Of a stretch of DNA of 17,900 nucleotides, positions 7,704-16,206 are shown in pieces. Source of the stretch: Opitutus sp. GAS368 (lineage in GTDB: Bacteria; Verrucomicrobiota; Verrucomicrobiia; Opitutales; Opitutaceae); NCBI GenBank assembly GCA_945861645.1, contig CAMAVZ010000031.1:1-17900 (forward strand), in the 5' to 3' direction. Position numbers and translations under genes: made by a program. Under the pieces are notes generated by a model. It was not told the origin of the DNA. It saw nothing but the letters and a program-made list of their open reading frames with translations, and did not search any database. Numbering within the stretch: position 1 is the first letter of the stretch; every line of letters starts with the position of its first letter.

Positions 7704-9293
7704 ATGAAAATCCTCGTCGCCGACAAAATTTCCCCGAAGGGCGTCGCTTTCTTGCGGCAGCAGCCGGGCTTCGAAGTCATCGAGGCTTATGGTTCTTCGC
7801 CGGCTAAGATACTGGAACTCGTGCGCGATGTGCAGGCCATTGCCGTGCGCTCTGAGACTAAAATTACCGCGGAGGTATTTGCGGCTGCGCCCCTGCTTAA
7901 GGTCGTGGGTCGCGCGGGCGTGGGGGTTGACAATGTCGATGTGGAGGCCGCGACTGAGCGCGGCGTGATCGTGATGAACACGCCCTTGGGCAATACGATC
8001 GCGACGGCTGAATTGACGTTTACGCATATTCTTTGTGGTGCTCGGCCCGTGCCTCAGGCGGCGGCATCGATGCAGGCGGGACAGTGGGATCGGAAAAATT
8101 TCGCAGGGATCGAGTTATTTAAAAAAACTCTCGGCGTGGTTGGTCTCGGTCGCATTGGCACTGAGGTCGCGAAGCGCGCGCAAGCTTTTGGGATGCGTGT
8201 CGTGGCTTTCGATCCTTACCTCGCGCCGAGCCGGGCCAAAGCGATGCAGATGGAGGCCGTCACGTTTGATGAATTACTGGCGCAGGCGGATTACATTACC
8301 GTGCACATGCCGCTGACCGAGCAGACTAAATACATGATCGATGAAGCCGCGCTGGCTAAATGCAAAAAAGGCGTGCGGCTTTTCAACTGCGCGCGGGGCG
8401 GCATTATTAAAGAGGCGGCGCTGATCGCGGGTTTAAAATCTGGCCAGGTGGCGGCCGCTGGGCTCGATGTTTATGAAGAGGAGCCGCTGGCGGCGAATAG
8501 TGAACTGCGGCAATTGCCGAACGTCACGCTCACCCCGCATCTCGGGGCCTCCACCGCAGAGGCGCAGGATGCAGTCGGTATTGAAATTGCCGAGCAGATC
8601 GCCGATGTGCTCAACGGGGGCGTGATCAGTAACGCCGTGAATATGCCCTCCTTGGATGCGACGACGCTCAAGCTGATTGGGCCCTATTTAGAGCTCGGCG
8701 CTAAACTGGGTACATTGGTGCAGCAGCTAGCTAATAATCGGGTAGAGCGTCTGCGGATTACTTACTGGGGCAAAATTGTTGAGTTGGATGCGAATCCGGT
8801 GACGCGCGCGATTCAGCGGGGCTTTCTCCATCGCATTAGTAGCGATGGACTTAATTATATTAATGCCCCGCTCATCATGCAGCGCTTGGGCGTGCAGGTG
8901 GATATTACAAAATCTAACGTCGAGACCGATTACACCGAACTCATGCAGGTGGAAGCGATCACGGCGGATGGAAGAATTTTTTCCGCGATGGGCACGTTGT
9001 TGGGCAAAGCCAACAGTCCGCGACTCGTATCTCTGAATGGTCGTGAGGTTGAAGCCGCCCCCACGGGCGCCTTGCTGATTTACGAAAATCATGACGAGCC
9101 TGGGATCATCGGCATGGTCGGCATGCTCTTGGGTCGCGATCAAGTGAACATCGCGGCGATGTCCTTGAGTCGCAATAATGCCGGTGGCACGGCACTCTGC
9201 GTGTTGAATTTGGATAGCCAGCCCTCCAGCGCCGCGCTTAAGGAATTGACCAACCATCGGGCGATTAAGCACGCTGTGGTGGTCAATCTTTAA
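7704..9293 (+). CDS. serA: D-3-phosphoglycerate dehydrogenase (long type I with ASB and ACT domains)
   Basis: 529 aa; [11 protein letters not shown], Rossmann [27 protein letters not shown]-terminal [16 protein letters not shown]...VNIA.M. Confidence 0.96.
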   Translation: MKILVADKISPKGVAFLRQQPGFEVIEAYGSSPAKILELVRDVQAIAVRSETKITAEVFAAAPLLKVVGRAGVGVDNVDVEAATERGVIVMNTPLGNTIATAELTFTHILCGARPVPQAAASMQAGQWDRKNFAGIELFKKTLGVVGLGRIGTEVAKRAQAFGMRVVAFDPYLAPSRAKAMQMEAVTFDELLAQADYITVHMPLTEQTKYMIDEAALAKCKKGVRLFNCARGGIIKEAALIAGLKSGQVAAAGLDVYEEEPLAANSELRQLPNVTLTPHLGASTAEAQDAVGIEIAEQIADVLNGGVISNAVNMPSLDATTLKLIGPYLELGAKLGTLVQQLANNRVERLRITYWGKIVELDANPVTRAIQRGFLHRISSDGLNYINAPLIMQRLGVQVDITKSNVETDYTELMQVEAITADGRIFSAMGTLLGKANSPRLVSLNGREVEAAPTGALLIYENHDEPGIIGMVGMLLGRDQVNIAAMSLSRNNAGGTALCVLNLDSQPSSAALKELTNHRAIKHAVVVNL

Positions 9294-9907
9294 TGATGAA
9301 TATTTGGTTTATGAGCTCTGCCGCGGTCGGCTATCTCCTCGGCTCCTTGCCTTTTGGCTACTGGGTGGCGCGGGCGCATGGGGTCGATATATTTAAAATA
9401 GGCAGCGGCAATCCTGGCGCTACGAATGTTAAACGAACGCTGGGTGCTAAAGCGGGTAACACCGTGCTCGCTCTCGATATTGCCAAGGGGGCCATCGCGA
9501 CCGCCTGGCCGTTGTTGCCGATGGTGGCGGCGCCCGCCGCTACGACCCTCGCGCTCATCGGCGTCGTTGCGGCGGTCTTGGGCCATTCTTTTTCGATCTT
9601 CACGCGCTTTCGCGGCGGCAAAGGAGTGGCGACCGCGGCCGGTGGGCTCTTGGTTTTAGCGCCGGTGGCCTGTGCGATCGCGGCGGCGACTTGGGTCGTG
9701 GCGCTTTATGTTTTTCGTTATGTGTCGCTGGCCTCTATTTTGGCCGCGCTGGCCGCGATCACGGCGAGTTGGCTGCGACCCCATCAGGTGGCGAGTAGTG
9801 TTATTGTTTCACTGCTCGCGGGGTTTGTTATTCTGCGGCATCACGAAAATATTAAGCGCTTGCTGCGTGGGACGGAGAATAGGTGGCACCGGAAGCCACG
9901 AATTTAA
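9293..9907 (+). CDS. plsY: Glycerol-3-phosphate acyltransferase (acyl-phosphate type)
   Basis: GYLLGSLP, GSGNPGATN, GHSFSIF..FRGGKGVAT, RHHENIKRLLRGTE; multiple TM helices. TAATG overlap with the serA stop (start could be 9293 or 9296). Confidence 0.94.
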   Translation: MMNIWFMSSAAVGYLLGSLPFGYWVARAHGVDIFKIGSGNPGATNVKRTLGAKAGNTVLALDIAKGAIATAWPLLPMVAAPAATTLALIGVVAAVLGHSFSIFTRFRGGKGVATAAGGLLVLAPVACAIAAATWVVALYVFRYVSLASILAALAAITASWLRPHQVASSVIVSLLAGFVILRHHENIKRLLRGTENRWHRKPRI

Positions 9908-10002
9908 TTTCCCTCAGTTCGGCGTCGCCGGTTATGACGTAAGGTCCGTACTCCCTCCTTGCCAATTGGTGCCTCGCGAGGCCATTTAACCTGTTTGTAA
10001 CC

Positions 10003-11217
10003 ATGGCTCTTATCGTGCAGAAATATGGCGGCACCTCCGTGGGTGACGTCGACCGCATAAAAAATGTGGCCCAGCGCATTCAAAAAACGCGCGCGGCAGG
10101 CCATCAGCTGGTGATTGTCGTTTCTGCCCGCTCGGGGGTGACCAACGAGTTAATCGCGCGCGCCAAAGCGATCAATGACCACCCCGATAATCGGGAAATG
10201 GACATGCTCCTGGCGATTGGTGAACAAGAAACCATCGCGCTTACGGCTATGGCGCTGCATGCGCTCAATATTCCCGCGGTTTCCTACACGGGAGCCCAAG
10301 CCGGTATTTTTACGGATCAGGTTTTCACCAAAGCCAAGATTAAGAAAATTAACCCTCAGCCGATCCTTAAAGACTTGCAGGACGGCAAAGTGGTTATTGT
10401 CGCCGGCTTTCAGGGCATCAATGATGAGGGGCAAGTTACCACGCTCGGTCGGGGGGGCTCGGATCTTACGGCGATTGCCCTGGCCGCGGCTTGTCAGGCG
10501 GACAAATGCGAAATCTACACTGATGTAGACGGCGTCTATACGGCTGATCCGCGCAGCGTAAAAAATGCCAAGAAGATTGAAGAGATTAGTTACGACGAAA
10601 TGCTCGAACTCGCGAGTCTCGGCTCGAAAGTTATGCAATCGCGCTCCGTGGAATTTGCTAAACAATACGGGGTCGTTTTCGAAGTCCGCAGTAGCTTTAA
10701 CCACAACCCAGGAACTATCGTGAAAGAAGAAGTCGCTTATATGGAAAAAGTCGTCGTGCGCGGAGTCGCGCTCGATAAAGATCAGGCCAAAGTTGTCATC
10801 AGCAGCTTGCCCGACAAACCCGCCACCGCCGCCACTATTTTTAACGCGCTGGCTAATGCCAGTATCAATGTGGACATGATTGTGCAGACCGTCGGCCACA
10901 CGGGGAGCGTTGATTTAACCTTCACCGTGCAACGGGATGATGCGGCCAATGCGGTCAAGGTTTTACCGGCAATCCTCGCCCAGATTGGGGGCGGCGAGTT
11001 GAAGGCTTTTGACAACATCGCCAAGCTCTCGGTCGTCGGCGTGGGCATGCGCACGCATGCGGGCGTGGCGGCTACTCTTTTTACGGCGCTGGGCAACGCG
11101 GGGATTAATATTCAGTTAATTGCGACCTCCGAAATTAAGATTACTGTAGCGGTCGATCGCGCCCGAGCGGAGGAGGCCCAGCGGGTGGCCCACGACGCGT
11201 TTGCTTTAGGGCAATAA
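10003..11217 (+). CDS. lysC: Aspartate kinase (monofunctional, two ACT domains)
   Basis: 404 aa; VQKYGGTSV, VIVVSA, TTLGRGGSD, IYTDVDGVYTADPR, NVDMIVQ, SVVGVGM, TSEIKI. Confidence 0.96.
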   Translation: MALIVQKYGGTSVGDVDRIKNVAQRIQKTRAAGHQLVIVVSARSGVTNELIARAKAINDHPDNREMDMLLAIGEQETIALTAMALHALNIPAVSYTGAQAGIFTDQVFTKAKIKKINPQPILKDLQDGKVVIVAGFQGINDEGQVTTLGRGGSDLTAIALAAACQADKCEIYTDVDGVYTADPRSVKNAKKIEEISYDEMLELASLGSKVMQSRSVEFAKQYGVVFEVRSSFNHNPGTIVKEEVAYMEKVVVRGVALDKDQAKVVISSLPDKPATAATIFNALANASINVDMIVQTVGHTGSVDLTFTVQRDDAANAVKVLPAILAQIGGGELKAFDNIAKLSVVGVGMRTHAGVAATLFTALGNAGINIQLIATSEIKITVAVDRARAEEAQRVAHDAFALGQ

Positions 11218-11291
11218 GGCCGAGGCAGCGGACATAATCTCGTGCAACGGTTAACCAGAAGTTTGGCCACCGGGGGCAAATTCGCCGACGC

Positions 11292-12650
11292 ATGAAATTT
11301 ATCAGCACCCGCGGGCAGACGGAGCCGCATCGTTTTACCCAAGCGCTCGCGGTTGGGCTGGCGCCCGATGGCGGGTTGTTTCTACCGGAGCACTTGCCGG
11401 ATATTGCTCCTCGCTTAGGGAGCTGGGGGAATTTGAGTTACGCGGATCTTTGCACGGAGTTCCTGGCGATTTTCGCTACCGATATCCCCGCTGAGGTACT
11501 CAGTCGAATCGTGCATCGGTCGTATGCGCATTTTACTCATCCGCAGATTGCCCCGTTGCAGGCGCTCGACGCGCGTACTTTCGTGTTAGAGCTTTTCCAT
11601 GGCCCCACGCTCGCCTTCAAAGATTTTGCCCTGCAATTGCTCGGTAATCTCTACGGCTATCAGGGTGAATTAAGCGGGCAGAGTATTAACGTCTTGGGCG
11701 CTACCTCGGGTGACACTGGCGCCGCCGCCATCCATGGGCTTTTGGGTAAACCGCGTTGTGCGGTGTTCATGCTTTACCCGGAGGGGCGGATTTCGCCGTT
11801 GCAGGAAAGACAGATGACCTGCACCGGAGCGGAGAATGTTCATGCGCTGGCCATCGACGGCAGTTTTGATGATGCGCAGCGCATCATTAAATCAATTTTT
11901 CAGGATCAGGCCTTTAACCAGCAACACCGGCTATCCGCGGTTAATTCGATCAATCTGGTGCGGGTTTTGGCGCAATGTGTCTATTACCTCTACGCGTGGC
12001 TGCAATTGCCCGTAGCGGACCGCCAGCGGGTAGAGTTTGTGGTGCCGACTGGTAATTTCGGTAATATTTTTGCGGGTTGGCTGTTGGCTGAGATGGGCGT
12101 CCCGATCTTGGGCTTCAAACTTGCGACTAATCAGAACGATATTCTCCATCGGCTTTTCACCACTGGTGAATATCGGATTGGGGCGGTGCAGCCGAGTCTG
12201 GCTCCGTCGATGGACATTCAGGTGGCGTCAAATTTTGAGCGCTTTCTTTATTATGAGCTCGGGGGTGACGCCGCGCAGGTGCGGCAAGTAATGCACACCT
12301 TGCAGACGACCGGCGTGCATCGGTTTGCTAATTTTGATCACTCGACCTTGAGCACTTCGCGAGCGACCGATGCCGATATCACGAGTAACCTCCGGCGGGT
12401 CTATGAGATCTACGGTTATATCGTCGATCCGCACACCGCCTGCGCATTCCAAGATCTGCATCCTGATCGACTCAGTATTGTGCTGGCGACGGCCCATCCG
12501 GCAAAATTTCCGGCGGCAATTGCGGCCGCGATTGATCAGGCGCCGTTGCATGCGACGCTGGAGGCTCTGAAGTCGCGCCCAGTGGTAAAATATCGATTAC
12601 CCGCCGACGAGGCCGCCATCAAAGCCTTTATCACCGCCCGCGCGGTTTAG
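11292..12650 (+). CDS. thrC: Threonine synthase
   Basis: 452 aa; MKFISTRG, GLAPDGGLFLP, PLP-lysine motif ELFHGPTLAFKD, ATSGDTG, VPTGNFGN, SMDIQVASNFER, ATAHPAKF. Confidence 0.96.
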   Translation: MKFISTRGQTEPHRFTQALAVGLAPDGGLFLPEHLPDIAPRLGSWGNLSYADLCTEFLAIFATDIPAEVLSRIVHRSYAHFTHPQIAPLQALDARTFVLELFHGPTLAFKDFALQLLGNLYGYQGELSGQSINVLGATSGDTGAAAIHGLLGKPRCAVFMLYPEGRISPLQERQMTCTGAENVHALAIDGSFDDAQRIIKSIFQDQAFNQQHRLSAVNSINLVRVLAQCVYYLYAWLQLPVADRQRVEFVVPTGNFGNIFAGWLLAEMGVPILGFKLATNQNDILHRLFTTGEYRIGAVQPSLAPSMDIQVASNFERFLYYELGGDAAQVRQVMHTLQTTGVHRFANFDHSTLSTSRATDADITSNLRRVYEIYGYIVDPHTACAFQDLHPDRLSIVLATAHPAKFPAAIAAAIDQAPLHATLEALKSRPVVKYRLPADEAAIKAFITARAV

Positions 12651-14098
12651 AGCAGTGGGGCGAGGAGGCGGGCGATCTCCTCGCCGATTCTTGGCATGAG
12701 GCGGCGCTCGTGGCGGGGCTCGGGCATGGGTTTAGAAGCGGCTAAAATTCCCTGGATTTCATGAGCGAGGGCCGCCGCTGCCGTTGGCGAGTAGGTGACG
12801 GCCCCAATTTCGAAATTAACAAATAAGCTGCGCATATCCATGTTGGCTGAGCCGAAGAGCCCGGTTGCTTCATCGACGAGCAGGATTTTTGCGTGACACA
12901 TGCCCGGTTGGTAGAGCGATATTTTTACGCCAGCGGCGTGGAGTTCACGCAAATAGTGTCGGCGGGCGAGGTCGGTGATCGGGTGGTTGGAACGTGCGGG
13001 TACCGCCAGACGCACATCGATGCCGGCGCGGGCTTGTACTAGCAGCGAACGAAAGAGCACTTCATCCGGAATGAAATAGGGTGTAACGATCCAGATGCTC
13101 CGCTCCGCTTGTTGCACAAGAGAGAGAATGCCCTCGTAGAGAGGGTCACCCGCTACATCTGGTCCGCTGGCTACAATTTGGATTTCGCTTTCACCGGCAG
13201 CCGCAAAATCGGTGGTGGGCAATGCTTGCTGAAGGCGATCGAGGGGTTGGCCACTGGCAAAAGCCCAGTCGGCGAGAAAAATTTCATTAAGCAATTGAAC
13301 CGCGGGACCCTCGATGACGGCGCCAAAGTCACGCCAGCGCCGTTTGAGCGGGGTGGGCCCCATATATTCAGCGGCGAGATTGCGGCCCCCCAGTGCGCCC
13401 ACGCGGTGATCAAAAATCGCGATTTTCCGGTGATTGCGCAGGTTCGCGGAACCGCGGGTAGCGAGGGGTATCACGGGCATGAACGTGACCACTTCCCCCC
13501 CGGCGGCGCGGAGCGGATCGCAGAACCGGCCACTCGTCGTAAAGCAGCCCAGCGAGTCGAGCAGCAGGCGAACTTTGACGCCGTCCTGCGCTCGCTCGGC
13601 CAGCAGCTTGATGATGCGGCGGCCGACCGCATCACGACCTAGGATAAAGGTCATGAGGTGGATCGTGTGTTTCGCCTCACGAATACCTCGTTCGAGTTCG
13701 GCAAATGCCTCTTCCCCCGAAGAGATAAAGTGGACGCGATTGCCGCCGACTGGCGGAGCCGCGCCGTTGAGCATAAGAACTTTTGCGGCGAAGGTCTGCG
13801 CAGCGGCCGTAACGGGGTGCTTAGGGAGAGAAGGTGCGAGGCGCGCTTTGCGGACAGCTAATTTACGAACTTTGCGTCCCCCCAACATCAAGAAAAGCGG
13901 TACGCCTAGGTAAGGAATGAAAGCGATGGCCAGCAGCCACGCGAAAGTATTTCCCGGCTGCTTGCGTTCGCTCATCAGCCGCGCGATGGCGAAGAAAGCG
14001 AGGAGGAAGCCGGCGACCGTTAGTAAGTGCGGGAGTAAACCGTTAATGAACGGCTGGGCGCGCATCGCCGCGTGTGCTTGCTGAATGGTTTCCCCCAT
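12647..14098 (-). CDS. cls: Cardiolipin synthase (phospholipase D family)
   Basis: 483 aa; two N-terminal TM helices, two HKD motifs (RNHRKIAIFD, CHAKILLVD), SGPD, TPYFIPD, GSANMDMRS...NFE. Confidence 0.92.
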   Translation of the reverse strand: MGETIQQAHAAMRAQPFINGLLPHLLTVAGFLLAFFAIARLMSERKQPGNTFAWLLAIAFIPYLGVPLFLMLGGRKVRKLAVRKARLAPSLPKHPVTAAAQTFAAKVLMLNGAAPPVGGNRVHFISSGEEAFAELERGIREAKHTIHLMTFILGRDAVGRRIIKLLAERAQDGVKVRLLLDSLGCFTTSGRFCDPLRAAGGEVVTFMPVIPLATRGSANLRNHRKIAIFDHRVGALGGRNLAAEYMGPTPLKRRWRDFGAVIEGPAVQLLNEIFLADWAFASGQPLDRLQQALPTTDFAAAGESEIQIVASGPDVAGDPLYEGILSLVQQAERSIWIVTPYFIPDEVLFRSLLVQARAGIDVRLAVPARSNHPITDLARRHYLRELHAAGVKISLYQPGMCHAKILLVDEATGLFGSANMDMRSLFVNFEIGAVTYSPTAAAALAHEIQGILAASKPMPEPRHERRLMPRIGEEIARLLAPLL

Positions 14099-14104
14099 AA
14101 ATTG

Positions 14105-14132
14105 ATCCTCGCCAAGATTGGTTAATTGGCAA
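14105..14132 (-). promoter_or_regulatory. Putative promoter, leaderless geometry, for cls
   Basis: Minus strand TTGCCA-N16-GAGGAT-N6-ATG(14098); no SD. Confidence 0.4.
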
Positions 14133-14220
14133 GCGGGGGTCTTGGGCGGGACGTCGTGATCAGGGGGCGCTGGGGTCGTGGCGGGTTTTTTAGCGCGACT
14201 TCAAATAGCCAAAAAACCGC

Positions 14221-14250
14221 TTGGCAAAGCCTGTCACGCCCCCATACCTT
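14221..14250 (+). promoter_or_regulatory. Putative sigma70 promoter of tRNA-Tyr
   Basis: TTGGCA(14221-14226)-N18-TACCTT(14245-14250), with an A-tract upstream and a GC-rich discriminator (CACCGCTC) downstream, as expected for a stable-RNA promoter. Confidence 0.5.
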
Positions 14251-14268
14251 CACCGCTCGTTTTGGTTT

Positions 14269-14355
14269 GGTGGAGTATCCAAGTGGCTAAAGGGCGTTGA
14301 CTGTAAATCAATTCTGCACTGCAGTTCGCTGGTTCGAATCCGGCCTCCACCACCA
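14269..14355 (+). tRNA. tRNA-Tyr (anticodon GTA), 87 nt, CCA encoded
   Basis: Acceptor GGTGGAG/CTCCACC + A73 + CCA; D arm TCC/GGG with AGTGG loop; anticodon arm GTTGA-CTGTAAA-TCAAT; long variable arm CTGC-ACT-GCAG; T arm GCTGG-TTCGAAT-CCGGC. Confidence 0.97.
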
Positions 14356-14360
14356 AAATA

Positions 14361-14419
14361 AACCTCCGGTTTGAGGTTAAATTTCCCTCCCGCGTTCGCG
14401 CTTTGGAGGAATTTTTTTT
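14361..14419 (+). terminator. Intrinsic terminator region downstream of tRNA-Tyr (two hairpins, T-tract)
   Basis: Hairpin AACCTC-CGGTTT-GAGGTT (14361-14378); second stem CCTCC(14386-14390)/GGAGG(14405-14409) capped by GCG-TTCG-CGC, followed by T8 (14412-14419). It may also stop the convergent radC transcript. Confidence 0.65.
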
Positions 14420-14440
14420 AGCACATAAATCAGTAAAATA

Positions 14441-15160
14441 TTAAAGCAGACCGGCTTCGCGAAAGCTGTAGTAGCCGCGGCCGAGAGGATCAGCGGTGGG
14501 TTGTCCAATGATGACGTGATCGAGGAGGCTGATATCGATGGCAAGGGCAGCTTCACGGAGTTGCCGCGTGACTTGAATATCCGCCGCGCTGGGAGCCGGA
14601 TCGCCGCTGGGATGATTGTGCACGCAAAGGACCGCGGTAGCGCCCTGGCGGATCGCTTCCCGGAACACCTCGCGCGGGTGGGCGAGGCTACTGGTGGCGG
14701 TGCCCGAAGTAACTTCCACTTGTTTAATTAAGCGATTCTTGCGGTTGAGACAGAGGACCCAGAATTTTTCGACGCCTAAGCCGAGAACTTGCGGACGAAA
14801 ATGGGCGAGCACGAGATCGGCGCGGTTAAAGATCGGTGCCAGCGCGACCTCGTGGCTTAGCACGCGACGAGCGATTTCCATCACGGTCACGAGTTGCCAG
14901 GCTTTGACGCGGCCGATGCCCATTTGACGTCGGAAGTCGGCATTGTTCCACTGCACCAGCTGGGCGAGCGAGCCGGCTTCGGTCATTAAACGCTGCGCAA
15001 CCACCAATACGTTATGTCCTTTGCTGCCGCTGCGCAGAAGCATAGCCAATAGTTCGGTGTCACTGAGCGCGGCGGGACCGAGCTTCTCTAAGCGCTCTTG
15101 CGGTCGATCGTGGACCGCGAGATCTTTTAACCTTAGCGGTGGGTAATTTTCTGCGCTCAT
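14441..15160 (-). CDS. radC: RadC/JAB-domain protein (full-length chromosomal type)
   Basis: 239 aa; DRPQERL, LSDTELLAMLLRSG, HhH-like GIGRVKA, HPREVFREAI, JAMM motif HNHPSGDPAPSAAD, LLDHVIIG, YYSFREAGLL. Confidence 0.94.
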   Translation of the reverse strand: MSAENYPPLRLKDLAVHDRPQERLEKLGPAALSDTELLAMLLRSGSKGHNVLVVAQRLMTEAGSLAQLVQWNNADFRRQMGIGRVKAWQLVTVMEIARRVLSHEVALAPIFNRADLVLAHFRPQVLGLGVEKFWVLCLNRKNRLIKQVEVTSGTATSSLAHPREVFREAIRQGATAVLCVHNHPSGDPAPSAADIQVTRQLREAALAIDISLLDHVIIGQPTADPLGRGYYSFREAGLL

Positions 15161-15204
15161 GGAGGGCCGGGGTGATTCACCCGCTGGCCCGCGAGCGATG
15201 AAAA

Positions 15205-16206
15205 CTAGAAGTGCTTAACGTAAGCGTTGCGGCGCAACTTTTCTAACCAGCGCTCGGTCGCGCGGCGGGAACCTTGTTGCACGAGTGCTTTTTCGATCTC
15301 GGGCCGTACTTCATCCAGACTGAGCGCGCCCGCGTGTTTGCGGTCTTCGGCAAAAAGAATAAAGGCACCCTCGGGCATGATGAGGGCGTCGCTGTGCTGG
15401 CCCTTTTCTAAAGTGAAGATTACATCACTAAATTCTTTGCGCAGGTCGGAGCGGCGCTGCCAGCCCCAGTCGCCACCTTTACCTTTGCGCGAGTCCTGAC
15501 TGTATTTACGCGCGAGATCGCTAAAATCAGCGCCAGCCTTGATCTGGCTGACGATGTCGCCCCCTTTGACCCGGAGAGTGTCGTCGGTGTCGTCGGCGGC
15601 ACGGATAATTTGAATCAGGCGCAGATGCACGCTGTCTTCTTGGATGAAGCGGTCCTTGTTTTCTTTATAGTAGGCTTCGATTTTTACCGGACTAACCGTG
15701 CTCGCAGATTTGGCCTGCTGTTGGCGCATGTACCCGTAAATCATATCTTCTTCCTGTTCCTTGCGGTAGTCTTTCTGCGAAATCCCACGGGAACGGAGGT
15801 AGGCGAGGAATTTGCTGCGATCGCCGTCGAATTGATTGATAATTGTTTCCGCTACCTGGTTATCGATGTAGCTGGCGGGGACGTTACGCTTTTCGTCCTT
15901 GTAGAAATCTTTTACGATTAGCACGCGGTCGATCAGGTTTTGGATCACATCTTCCTGGAGGGCTTCAATTTTTTCATTGAACTCTTTTTCGGAACGACTC
16001 TGACGCTGAATTTCTGGAATGAGTGGACCGACCTCACGCCGAATGTCATCGATGGTGATAATTCGATCTTCCGCAATCGCTGCTATACCATTGGCATAGC
16101 GAGCCTTAAGATTATCTTGCTGACGGTCAACTTGGCCTTGAGCGAACAAGCCAAGAGCGGCAGTGAAGAAGGCGAGGGCGGTTAAAGTAAGGCGACGGAG
16201 ACTCAT
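15205..16206 (-). CDS. SurA/PrsA-like periplasmic chaperone, parvulin (PpiC-type) peptidyl-prolyl isomerase
   Basis: 333 aa; signal peptide, SurA N-domain ([16 protein letters not shown]...LIDRVLIV), one rotamase domain ([11 protein letters not shown]...KGGDWGW), C-terminal [16 protein letters not shown] overlap with the mfd stop. Confidence 0.85.
   Translation of the reverse strand: MSLRRLTLTALAFFTAALGLFAQGQVDRQQDNLKARYANGIAAIAEDRIITIDDIRREVGPLIPEIQRQSRSEKEFNEKIEALQEDVIQNLIDRVLIVKDFYKDEKRNVPASYIDNQVAETIINQFDGDRSKFLAYLRSRGISQKDYRKEQEEDMIYGYMRQQQAKSASTVSPVKIEAYYKENKDRFIQEDSVHLRLIQIIRAADDTDDTLRVKGGDIVSQIKAGADFSDLARKYSQDSRKGKGGDWGWQRRSDLRKEFSDVIFTLEKGQHSDALIMPEGAFILFAEDRKHAGALSLDEVRPEIEKALVQQGSRRATERWLEKLRRNAYVKHF

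Noticed and set aside
6603..9272. Antisense ORFs of 124-193 aa within or overlapping OYE and serA (6603-7184, 7653-8027, 8727-9272)
   Set aside because: Shadow frames of well-supported genes, with no domain features.
9908..10002. Lysine riboswitch or attenuator upstream of lysC
   Set aside because: Region too short, with no terminator U-tract or regulatory leader peptide.
10150..10899. 249 aa antisense ORF inside lysC
   Set aside because: Fully antisense to a conserved enzyme with no recognisable motifs; typical shadow ORF.
14356..15160. radC beside a tRNA 3' end as a sign of a genomic island
   Set aside because: This is the full-length HhH+JAB chromosomal form downstream of mfd; no integrase, att duplication or obvious composition shift.
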